A stretch of 32,000 nucleotides of DNA from Lachnospiraceae bacterium 46-15 (GTDB lineage: Bacteria > Bacillota > Clostridia > Lachnospirales > Lachnospiraceae), in assembly GCA_041223665.1 (NCBI GenBank), contig JBCLQO010000006.1, positions 35,365 through 67,364 of the forward strand, in the 5' to 3' direction. Below the pieces are notes generated by a model. It searched no databases. It was not told where the DNA came from and worked only from the letters and a program-made list of their open reading frames with translations. This document shows, piece after piece, positions 8,477 through 16,140 of this stretch; the stretch's first letter is position 1, and each line of letters opens with the position of its first letter. Both the position numbers and the translations under genes were made by a program.

Positions 8477-9700
8477 TTATCCACAAAATCCATGTATCAA
8501 TTCCGGCAGTTCGTCAAAAGTCGTCCAGATAGGAATAATACCGTGCCGTTTCCAATAATGGTACTGGGCAAAAAGCCTGTCGATGAGCTGGATGTTTTTA
8601 TATACAAAATTTTTATCTTCCAGGAACTCCCGACGGATTTTATCTTTTTTTACCTCCGAATCCCCTCCTGCTGCTGATATTAGAAGTTCTTCCTCGTATC
8701 TCTTATCTACTTCTTCTTGATACAATTCATGAAACAAGTCGTTAAGGCAGAAAAAAATGTAATGCCTGGGCTTACATGCACAATCTACATTCTTAATAAT
8801 CCTCCGAAAATTATAATCATCTCCCGAAAATCCTATAAATACACAGCTCGTATCCATCAGCGCTTTGGCCTGGACAGAATTTTGCCAGCTATATGCTTTC
8901 TGCTCCATCTGATAGTAACTATGTTCTGTCAAAATCATATGCTCAGATTCTTTGCTGAACCTATTTCTTTTAATTGACAATGCCCCGTGGGGATGATGGA
9001 TATTTATCCTCTGAGAATTGTGAATTTTTCTCTCGTCACAATCGCAAATCACCTGCACTGCATCGGAAGATACGTTGGCAACTTTATCCAGACAGAACTC
9101 CAGCAAATCATCATAATTATACGTAATTACACTGCCTTTTTTCTGCTTTTTCAACAGCTTTGCCAAATATCCCACTGCCTGATTCTTCAATTTGTTCTTA
9201 AGCTCTGTCTCTTCCATAACCGTCTGCAGGGAGTCACGCAGCAATGCTTTCAGTACCCGTTCCTGAAGCCTTCTCTTTTCCCTTTGATTCCCTCCTTCAG
9301 GTATCAGCATTTCAATATAATTCCACATATATTCCGCTGATTCCAGCATATTTACGCCTTTCCAAAAATCTTTAAACTTTCCTTGCAGCGCTTTTTCTGC
9401 TATTGAATGATATGCCGGATAACCTTTTGTCTCCTGCAGCGCCCTGTGTTTTGCGCTTTGGAAGATTCTTTCCCCTTCTTCTATCTCATGGTTTAAAGGC
9501 ATTTCATTTTCTAATTCTGAAAGCCTGGCCCACATTTTAGCCAAAAGTGTTGTCCAGTTGGGAAGCCCTGCGGGCGCGCTGATTCCCGCGCCTAATATCC
9601 ATGTGACGTTCTCATCTGTTACTTCTTTTTTCAGCATGTCGTAATGCTTTCTATTTAACTTATAAATATCTTTCCCCAATATTTCTTTTGTCGTCAGCAT
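8477..9700 (-). CDS. SIR2-like (SIR2_2 / ThsA-DSR-type) putative NAD+-hydrolysing effector, 407 aa
   Basis: The ORF track gives 8477..9739. I place the start at Met14 (ATG 9700-9698), which has an AAGGGAG RBS and lies 2 nt after the upstream stop codon. Four motifs occur in the canonical order: WILGAGISAPAGLPNW, VITYNYDDLLE, IHHPHG, then MILTEHSYY and FIGFSGDDYNFRRI. The Asn-to-His spacing is 43 aa. Confidence 0.8.
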   Translation of the reverse strand: MLTTKEILGKDIYKLNRKHYDMLKKEVTDENVTWILGAGISAPAGLPNWTTLLAKMWARLSELENEMPLNHEIEEGERIFQSAKHRALQETKGYPAYHSIAEKALQGKFKDFWKGVNMLESAEYMWNYIEMLIPEGGNQREKRRLQERVLKALLRDSLQTVMEETELKNKLKNQAVGYLAKLLKKQKKGSVITYNYDDLLEFCLDKVANVSSDAVQVICDCDERKIHNSQRINIHHPHGALSIKRNRFSKESEHMILTEHSYYQMEQKAYSWQNSVQAKALMDTSCVFIGFSGDDYNFRRIIKNVDCACKPRHYIFFCLNDLFHELYQEEVDKRYEEELLISAAGGDSEVKKDKIRREFLEDKNFVYKNIQLIDRLFAQYHYWKRHGIIPIWTTFDELPELIHGFCG

Positions 9701-9702
9701 TT

Positions 9703-12570
9703 TTACAACTCCCTTTTTCCATGCGCTAACTGTCTCCACAAATCATTCATTTTATCCAAAAGAAGATACATTTCCTGCGGCGACTGCATATTTGACAATC
9801 TGCTTATTTCTTTTATTTTATCGAATTTATTTGTCCGGAAGATCTCCATACAGGCATTTAAATATCCTTCAAGCTCAACTTTACATCCCTCGTCAAATTC
9901 CTCTTGATATTCCCATAAAATCTCATCAATCCTGTCGCATAGGCAGTCAGAATAGTCTTCCTTTCTGCAATACTTAAACCCCTGGGTTTTCCAGTACTTC
10001 ATCTTTTCTTCAATTTTTTCCCTTTCCTGGAGTTTCAATTTTCCTTCTACCCCATAGAGCATTTTCATTTCTGAGCCAAACCGAAAAGTTTCCAGCTTTG
10101 TTCTTGGAAACGCAAGTTCGATATCCCAAGTCTCATAAATAAGGCTTAAAATGAAATCTTCCATTGGAATTCCCAAAATCTGGGCTGCAATACAATCCGC
10201 ATAACTTTCTTTCATAGAATCAATAAGCACAAGAATCACATCGCCAACGGTCGCTATATCATTTTTATCTATGTGCACTTCCTCTGGAATAAGCACCTGA
10301 TTCCCAATGTATATGTCAAATAATGCCTGCAGCACTCTTTCTTCCTCTGGATCATATCTGTCATCTTTCTGAGCCTCCAACTTATATTCGGAAGTCTCCC
10401 TTAAAATGTTTGCTCCTGAAAATTTGATCCCCTGTGTACCCAGATACTTTATCAAATCCTCCGCAACCCGGTGCTGATATTTCATATACTTCCGGTAAGT
10501 ATATGAAAAAAAAGAATTACCCGTTTCACGTTCAATAGATTGAAAAACCTCTTCTCTTCCAAGCTCCCCCATTACTGTCTGAAGGTTACTTCCAAAAAAT
10601 GCAAATTCTTCCCATCCCTCGCTGCCCTCTTCCATTTTCCTGCACATTTCCTCAATAAGTTCTGTTTTCATTTCCTCCCTTCTCCGCCAAACGAATTCCA
10701 GGCTTTTCTTCTTCACTTCTTCCCATTCCGTCGGCGAAAAACGGTTTTCCAAAGCATAAAAAACAGTTTTTCTCATATGCTCAGTAAGACTTGTTTTCAA
10801 CCCATTGCTTATTATCCATGCAGAATAAGATGAAAAACTCCTTATCAAATGCCCAAACCGTTCCACTCTTTTTCTTTCCCCGCAAAAATGCAGGCATTCA
10901 TGGAGAATTCTGAACATCGTACCTTTTATATCATACAAGCTCATCTCCGGCACTGTTATAATAATCAGAGAATGCCCTTCTTCATCCGCCGGATCCATAT
11001 ACGAAAAAATATCACTTGCTGTCGTCACGTCACAACCTCCACTCATGATTACAAACGTATATGTTTCCTTCTGCCCTTCATTCTCCCCGCTTTTCGTTTC
11101 CATCAGCATTTGCGCTGTTTTATTAATATACTGGTTATAGAAGAACAGCAGTTTCGTTGCAGAACCGATTGACGGGTGCGATAAAGACTGCCCTTCTATA
11201 AAAGAACGGTCAGATCTCTGCATGTCCGCCAGATAGTCTCCTATATTTTCCCGAAAAATCCCTACCGCCGAAAGCAGCCGTTCTACCAAGATTTCTTTTA
11301 CTTCTATATCTTCTGCTTCCTCTAACATCCTCATGGTTCTTTTCATATTGCACACCATGGCTTTAAATGCACTTCCAATAATTTCCTGAATATCAAAACA
11401 ATGAGATTCACGTATCAGGCCCAAAAAGCTTTTCATAACTGCCTGCAGTCCATTTACAAGCCGTATTGGTTTTCCATACTCTTCTACAAGCCCTGCTAAA
11501 TCCTCAATTAAATCTACAAACTCTCTTTGATATTCTTCATATGCGCCATCTATTCCATTCCCCGGCACTTCAAACTGCACTTCCTTTTCCACTCCCACCC
11601 GAATAGATGAACATAGATTCCTGATATATGCCGGAAACTGCTCATTGCCAGGATTAAAAAGCTTCGAATCATAAAATAGCGGTATAAAAAGACCAAACGG
11701 CATATCAGATAATATCAGGCAATCTGAATTGCCAAACATCTGATAGAGTTCTGACTGCTTTTCAATTTTATCAAGATTTTGCGCAACGCATATATTTTCC
11801 AGTTCCGCATCAAAATACTTTTGGAACTGACCCGCTGATACACCTTCTCTGAGGTTTACACGTATAGAAAGTTTTACATTATCAAGCATCAGCTTATCCA
11901 AATTCTGCAGCCCTTCTTTTGCAAATCCTGTAATCGCATAACTATTTGACAGCACCGGATAACTCCTGTCTCCTTCTATGACCTGCGTCTCCCTCAAAAT
12001 ATCCAAAATGTCAATAACTTTCTGAGGATTATCACTGAGGAACAACAGTGTAAAATCCGCATAGCCGATTGACGGCATGACTGCGCAGTGGACTTCTTCC
12101 AATGGAATTGCTCTCTTATCTGCAGCATCTTTGATAGAAATTACAATTTTGTCCAATAGTTCTTCTCTTCCCGCTACAAATTGTTTTGATAAATTAATTA
12201 CAGAAACCGAAATAAAAGGATATCGTTTTAACAGCTCCACACAAGAATCGTTACTGTCACGATATCCCATCTGCTCCCATATATTATAAGCAAATCCTTG
12301 CTTTTCCAGACATTCTCTTACCTCTGGCTTTGGCATATATAATTTCAACGTGTATTTATCTTGAAAGGTATCTCCAATTATAATGTTGCCTGCCCTTTCA
12401 CACACACCTTTCGGCCTCAACTGATACCACTCGCGTGTGCAGTGAATATCCATCCCATCATAATGCCCAAACATCATATATTGATAATCTCTCGTATCAT
12501 CTTGGCTAATACATGATATTCGTTTCTTTAAAGTAATCAGCATTCCATTAAATCCATCCGTGCTGTTCAT
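9703..12570 (-). CDS. Large hypothetical protein, 955 aa, partner of the SIR2 gene. No P-loop was seen. An internal HExxH motif is present.
   Basis: The ORF track gives 9703..12603. I place the start at Met12 (ATG 12570-12568) because AAGGAGGTG lies 6 nt upstream. HECLH is encoded at 10888-10902. I recognise no family. Coding status is supported by the long open frame, the strong RBS and coupling to the next gene. Confidence 0.8.
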   Translation of the reverse strand: MNSTDGFNGMLITLKKRISCISQDDTRDYQYMMFGHYDGMDIHCTREWYQLRPKGVCERAGNIIIGDTFQDKYTLKLYMPKPEVRECLEKQGFAYNIWEQMGYRDSNDSCVELLKRYPFISVSVINLSKQFVAGREELLDKIVISIKDAADKRAIPLEEVHCAVMPSIGYADFTLLFLSDNPQKVIDILDILRETQVIEGDRSYPVLSNSYAITGFAKEGLQNLDKLMLDNVKLSIRVNLREGVSAGQFQKYFDAELENICVAQNLDKIEKQSELYQMFGNSDCLILSDMPFGLFIPLFYDSKLFNPGNEQFPAYIRNLCSSIRVGVEKEVQFEVPGNGIDGAYEEYQREFVDLIEDLAGLVEEYGKPIRLVNGLQAVMKSFLGLIRESHCFDIQEIIGSAFKAMVCNMKRTMRMLEEAEDIEVKEILVERLLSAVGIFRENIGDYLADMQRSDRSFIEGQSLSHPSIGSATKLLFFYNQYINKTAQMLMETKSGENEGQKETYTFVIMSGGCDVTTASDIFSYMDPADEEGHSLIIITVPEMSLYDIKGTMFRILHECLHFCGERKRVERFGHLIRSFSSYSAWIISNGLKTSLTEHMRKTVFYALENRFSPTEWEEVKKKSLEFVWRRREEMKTELIEEMCRKMEEGSEGWEEFAFFGSNLQTVMGELGREEVFQSIERETGNSFFSYTYRKYMKYQHRVAEDLIKYLGTQGIKFSGANILRETSEYKLEAQKDDRYDPEEERVLQALFDIYIGNQVLIPEEVHIDKNDIATVGDVILVLIDSMKESYADCIAAQILGIPMEDFILSLIYETWDIELAFPRTKLETFRFGSEMKMLYGVEGKLKLQEREKIEEKMKYWKTQGFKYCRKEDYSDCLCDRIDEILWEYQEEFDEGCKVELEGYLNACMEIFRTNKFDKIKEISRLSNMQSPQEMYLLLDKMNDLWRQLAHGKREL

Positions 12571-12610
12571 GCTGCCACCTCCTTGTACAAATCTTTCTAT
12601 CAATCATGAA

Positions 12611-12645
12611 AGCCCTGTCTATAGATTTCTCCATAGCACAGGGCT
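12611..12645. repeat. Imperfect inverted repeat/hairpin in the leader of the 955-aa gene
   Basis: AGCCCTGT...ACAGGGCT is 8 bp perfect, with 5 further pairs after a 1-nt bulge. On the minus strand it is followed by TTCATGATTG, which is not a good U-tract. It ends 41 nt upstream of the ATG at 12570. Confidence 0.5.
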
Positions 12646-12667
12646 GCCCTTCATGAACGTCATGTTA

Positions 12668-12829
12668 TCATATTCCTCTGCTTACCGGACTGAAAATCCT
12701 TGTTTTCTCTGAATACTCATGCATCGGCATACGCAAATCCTCTTTAGGAGAACGCATATTGCTCTTTTTCCCAGCAGGGGCTACATTCTTTAACCACAAT
12801 TTCTTTTTATCCAACTTCTTTCCCGCCAT
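12668..12829 (-). CDS. Possible small basic protein (53 aa), hypothetical
   Basis: This is the internal Met12 of track ORF 12668..12862. AAGAGGTG lies 5 nt upstream of ATG 12829-12827. The product is MAGKKLDKKKLWLKNVAPAGKKSNMRSPKEDLRMPMHEYSEKTRIFSPVSRGI. No recognisable family, so it may be non-coding. Confidence 0.25.
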   Translation of the reverse strand: MAGKKLDKKKLWLKNVAPAGKKSNMRSPKEDLRMPMHEYSEKTRIFSPVSRGI

Positions 12830-12871
12830 ACCTGCACCTCTTGTCTCCAATAATGCTACCATAGAACAAAC

Positions 12872-12907
12872 GATAGCTATACAAAATATCTATGCGTATA
12901 GCTTATC
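12872..12907. repeat. Near-perfect inverted repeat (possible operator) at the head of the islet
   Basis: GATAGCTATAC, 13 nt, then GTATAGCT(T)ATC. The arms are 11 nt with one extra T in the right arm. Confidence 0.5.
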
Positions 12908-12960
12908 CCATGTACCAAAAAATATACTATTTCTATGCTGCTTGCCACCAGCATTATTGA

Positions 12961-12999
12961 TTGCAAAGAAAGCAGGATGAACCGAAATTCAACCTGCTT
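12961..12999 (-). terminator. Terminator candidate after rplQ (end of the alpha operon)
   Basis: Minus strand reads AAGCAGG-T-TGAA-TTTCGG-TTCA-T-CCTGCTT, which is 11 bp with one T-T mismatch, followed by TCTTTGCAA. It starts 21 nt after the rplQ stop codon. Confidence 0.55.
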
Positions 13000-13020
13000 G
13001 ATCCCATAAAGTTTCTGCTC

Positions 13021-13557
13021 TTATACAAGCTCCAGAAGAACTTCCATCGCTGCGTCGCCTTTACGAAGACCAATCTTTACAATCCTGGTATAACCGCCGT
13101 TGCGGCTCGCATACTTCGGAGCGATTTCTGTAAATAACTTCTCAGCCAAGTCAATTTCTTTCGTATTTCTCTTTTTGCCGGCTGCTTCCTGCGGAACTTC
13201 TTTTACTGTGTAGAGCACTTTGTTCATCTGGCGTCTTGCGTGAAGCCTGGAAGGAAGATCTTTTTTGATTTCCTTCTGAACTTCGTCATAAACGGTAACT
13301 TTCTTTCCGTCCACAACTTCTTTCACTCTCTTGCCATCTTTGTCCTTACGCGGTACTTTTGCAGTAACTGTAACAGTCTCGTAATTGTCTTTCTCTTTTA
13401 CGGCAAGTGCAATCAGACCTTCTGCAACCTTACGGATTTCTTTTGCCTTTGCCTCTGTTGTAACAATTTTTCCATGCTGGATTAAGGAAGTTACCTGTCC
13501 TCTGATTAAAGCCTTTCTCTGGCTTGATGTTCTGCTAAGTTTTCTATAACCTGCCAT
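13021..13557 (-). CDS. rplQ: 50S ribosomal protein L17, long form (178 aa)
   Basis: MAGYRKLSRTSSQRKALIRGQ...HARRQ...GGYTRIVKIGLRKGDAAMEVLLELV. I moved the start to Met11 (ATG 13557-13555) because GGAGG lies upstream. Confidence 0.93.
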   Translation of the reverse strand: MAGYRKLSRTSSQRKALIRGQVTSLIQHGKIVTTEAKAKEIRKVAEGLIALAVKEKDNYETVTVTAKVPRKDKDGKRVKEVVDGKKVTVYDEVQKEIKKDLPSRLHARRQMNKVLYTVKEVPQEAAGKKRNTKEIDLAEKLFTEIAPKYASRNGGYTRIVKIGLRKGDAAMEVLLELV

Positions 13558-13689
13558 GATTTTTTCCTCCATTTGTGGAACACTCACGGATGCTCGTCGG
13601 GCTTACTTCGGGAGTGCTTTTATTCCATAATGTCTACTCACCGCCTGAACGGACGCTTTCACACCCCTGCGGTGTGAACACACAGGCTT

Positions 13690-14655
13690 TTATTCATCGC
13701 CTGCGTTCAGCTCCAATCCAAGCTCTTTCAATTTCCCTAACACTTCTTCAAGTGATTTCCGTCCCAGGTTACGGACTTTCATCATATCTTCAGAAGTTCT
13801 GTTGCACAATTCTGCCACGGTGTTAATACCTGCCCTCTTTAAGCAGTTATAGGAACGAACAGACAGCTCCAGCTCATCAATGTTCATATCCAGCACCTTG
13901 CCTTTTTCATTGTCCTCTTTCTCTATCATGACTTCTGCGCATTTCGCATTCTCTGAAAGGTCAATGAACAGGTTCAGATGTTCACTCAGTACCTTCGCCG
14001 ACAGGCTCACTGCCTCGTCCGGCGCCAGCGTACCGTTTGTATATACATCCAGTGTCAGTTTATCATAGTCTGTCACCTGACCGACACGGGTATTGGCAAC
14101 TGTAAGGTTCACGCGCTCTACCGGAGTATAAATCGCGTCCACCGCGATTACGCCAATAGGCATATCCTCCGTCTTTCCTTTTTCTGCGCTTACATATCCC
14201 CTTCCCTTGGTAATCGTAAGCTCCATAAACAGCTTGCTGTCGACGCCGCCGTTTAAGGTGGCAATCACCTGATCCGGATTCATAATGACGATATCCTGGT
14301 CTGCCTGAATATCAGCCGCCGTTACAATCCCTTCGCCCTCAAATTCGATATAGGCAACTTTCGCCTCGTTTGTCTCACTGTTATTCTGAATGGCCAGGGA
14401 TTTAAGATTCATGATAATTTCAGTTACATCCTCTTTCACACCTGGAATGGAGCTGAACTCATGCAGTACGCCTTCAATCTTTACCTGGCTCACTGCTGCG
14501 CCAGGTAAAGAAGAAAGCATAATCCTGCGGAGAGAATTTCCCAGAGTTGTCCCATAGCCTCTTTCCAGCGGCTCTACGACAAATCTGCCATATTTTTTGT
14601 CTTCGGATATCTCAGAGATTTCAATTTTAGGTCTGTTAAAATCGAACACTATCAA
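13690..14655 (-). CDS. rpoA: DNA-directed RNA polymerase subunit alpha
   Basis: ...[34 protein letters not shown]..., with a C-terminal domain [18 protein letters not shown]. The track start is TTG, only 3 nt from GGAGG. The GTG at 14649 (9-nt spacing) is an alternative start. Confidence 0.95.
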   Translation of the reverse strand: MIVFDFNRPKIEISEISEDKKYGRFVVEPLERGYGTTLGNSLRRIMLSSLPGAAVSQVKIEGVLHEFSSIPGVKEDVTEIIMNLKSLAIQNNSETNEAKVAYIEFEGEGIVTAADIQADQDIVIMNPDQVIATLNGGVDSKLFMELTITKGRGYVSAEKGKTEDMPIGVIAVDAIYTPVERVNLTVANTRVGQVTDYDKLTLDVYTNGTLAPDEAVSLSAKVLSEHLNLFIDLSENAKCAEVMIEKEDNEKGKVLDMNIDELELSVRSYNCLKRAGINTVAELCNRTSEDMMKVRNLGRKSLEEVLGKLKELGLELNAGDE

Positions 14656-14698
14656 GTCCCTCCTTTGGGTTTATATGGTTACGAGGGTTCCTACAATT

Positions 14699-15292
14699 TT
14701 ACTTAGAATATAACTCGACAATAAGCATCTCATCCACTGGTACGTCAATCGCTTCTCTTGCCGGTGTCTCTTTTACAGTACCTCTCAGAGCCTCTAAATC
14801 GCAGTCAAGCCACTCAGGAACAAGCCTTCCTCCGGTAACTTCCACGATATCTTTATATCTCTGCATTGATTTGCATTTCTCTTTGATTTCGATAACATCC
14901 CCAACCTTTACCAAGTAAGAAGGAATGTTTACCTGCCTGCCGTTCACCAGGACATGCTTATGGTCAACAATCTGCCTTGCCTCTCTTCTTGTCCTTGCAA
15001 AACCCAGACGGAAAACAATGCTGTCCAGTCTCATCTCCAGCATAACCATCAGGTTTGTACCTGTCATACCTGACATTCTCTCGGCTTTTTTGTAATAATT
15101 TCTGAAGGGTTTCTCCAGAACGCCGTAGATGAATTTTGCTTTCTGTTTTTCCCTGAGCTGTAAACCGTACTCGCTCATCTTACGGTTTGCTCTCTTCAAC
15201 TCTCTTGTAGACTTCTTATCAACCCCTAAATAAACCGGGTCTAAACCAAGTGATCTGCATCTTTTAAGAACAGGAACTCTATTAACTGCCAT
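14699..15292 (-). CDS. rpsD: 30S ribosomal protein S4
   Basis: MAVNRVPVLKRCRSLGLDP...YGLQLREKQK...RLDSIVFRLGFA.TRREARQ.V.H, which includes an S4 domain. Confidence 0.95.
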   Translation of the reverse strand: MAVNRVPVLKRCRSLGLDPVYLGVDKKSTRELKRANRKMSEYGLQLREKQKAKFIYGVLEKPFRNYYKKAERMSGMTGTNLMVMLEMRLDSIVFRLGFARTRREARQIVDHKHVLVNGRQVNIPSYLVKVGDVIEIKEKCKSMQRYKDIVEVTGGRLVPEWLDCDLEALRGTVKETPAREAIDVPVDEMLIVELYSK

Positions 15293-15310
15293 CTTCCTAA
15301 TACCTCCTCA

Positions 15311-15706
15311 TTAGACTCTTCTACGTTTGGGCGGGCGACATCCGTTATGCGGTACAGGTGTTACGTCCCTGATACTGGTTACTTCCAGACCACATGCTGA
15401 TAATGCACGGATTGCTGCTTCACGTCCTGAACCAGGACCCTTCACGAATACGTCTACCGTTTTCAGACCATGTACTAATGCCGCCTTTGTAGCAGTCTCT
15501 GCTGCCATCTGCGCTGCATATGGAGTAGATTTCCTTGAACCTCTAAATCCCAGACCACCGGCACTTGCCCATGATAAAGCATTTCCCTCTGCATCTGTCA
15601 GGGTAACGATTGTGTTATTGAAAGATGACTGGATATGTGCCTGTCCGCGTTCAACGTTTTTCTTTATACGCTTTTTTGTCACTTTTTTGGTAACTTTTTT
15701 AGCCAT
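15311..15706 (-). CDS. rpsK: 30S ribosomal protein S11
   Basis: ...[50 protein letters not shown]... Confidence 0.95.
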   Translation of the reverse strand: MAKKVTKKVTKKRIKKNVERGQAHIQSSFNNTIVTLTDAEGNALSWASAGGLGFRGSRKSTPYAAQMAAETATKAALVHGLKTVDVFVKGPGSGREAAIRALSACGLEVTSIRDVTPVPHNGCRPPKRRRV

Positions 15707-15771
15707 TTTAAACTAACCTACTTTCTCATAATGATTACTTGTCAACTTGTTACTTATGGTTCGGTAACTTT

Positions 15772-16140
15772 TTATTTCTTCTTGTTTGCAACCGTTCTCT
15801 TCGGACCTTTTCTTGTCCTTGCATTCGTCTTGGTCTTCTGCCCACGTACAGGAAGTCCTTTCCTGTGACGGATTCCCCTGTAGCATCCGATTTCCTGAAG
15901 CCTCTTGATATTCAGGGCGATCTCTCTTCTCAAATCACCCTCTACGGTATAATGCTCATCCATAACGTCACGGATTCTGGATACTTCCTCATCCGTAAGA
16001 TCCCTGACACGGGTATCCGGATTCACATTTGCAGCCGCAAGAATCTTGTTTGAGCTTGCCCTGCCGATTCCGTATACATAAGTTAAACCGATTTCTACAC
16101 GTTTTTCTCTTGGTAAGTCTACACCAGCAATACGAGCCAT
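15772..16140 (-). CDS. rpsM: 30S ribosomal protein S13
   Basis: [27 protein letters not shown]... I moved the start to Met6 of the track ORF (ATG 16140-16138), which has GGAGG upstream. Confidence 0.95.
   Translation of the reverse strand: MARIAGVDLPREKRVEIGLTYVYGIGRASSNKILAAANVNPDTRVRDLTDEEVSRIRDVMDEHYTVEGDLRREIALNIKRLQEIGCYRGIRHRKGLPVRGQKTKTNARTRKGPKRTVANKKK

Noticed and set aside
10888-10980. A PD-(D/E)xK nuclease reading (MDPAD...LYDIK) and an R-x5-H HEPN-like reading (RVERFGH) near the HExxH motif of the 955-aa protein.
   Set aside because: Both patterns are short enough to occur by chance and I cannot support them by eye. I mention them only as alternatives that a profile or structure search should resolve.
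8477-12999. I looked for mobile-element hallmarks around the SIR2 islet: an integrase or transposase, terminal inverted repeats, direct-repeat att sites, or a tRNA at the border.
   Set aside because: None was found. The only tRNA, Trp at 6659-6729, is 1.7 kb away beyond coaX and the S-component. I therefore describe the region as a compositional islet and not as a mobile element.
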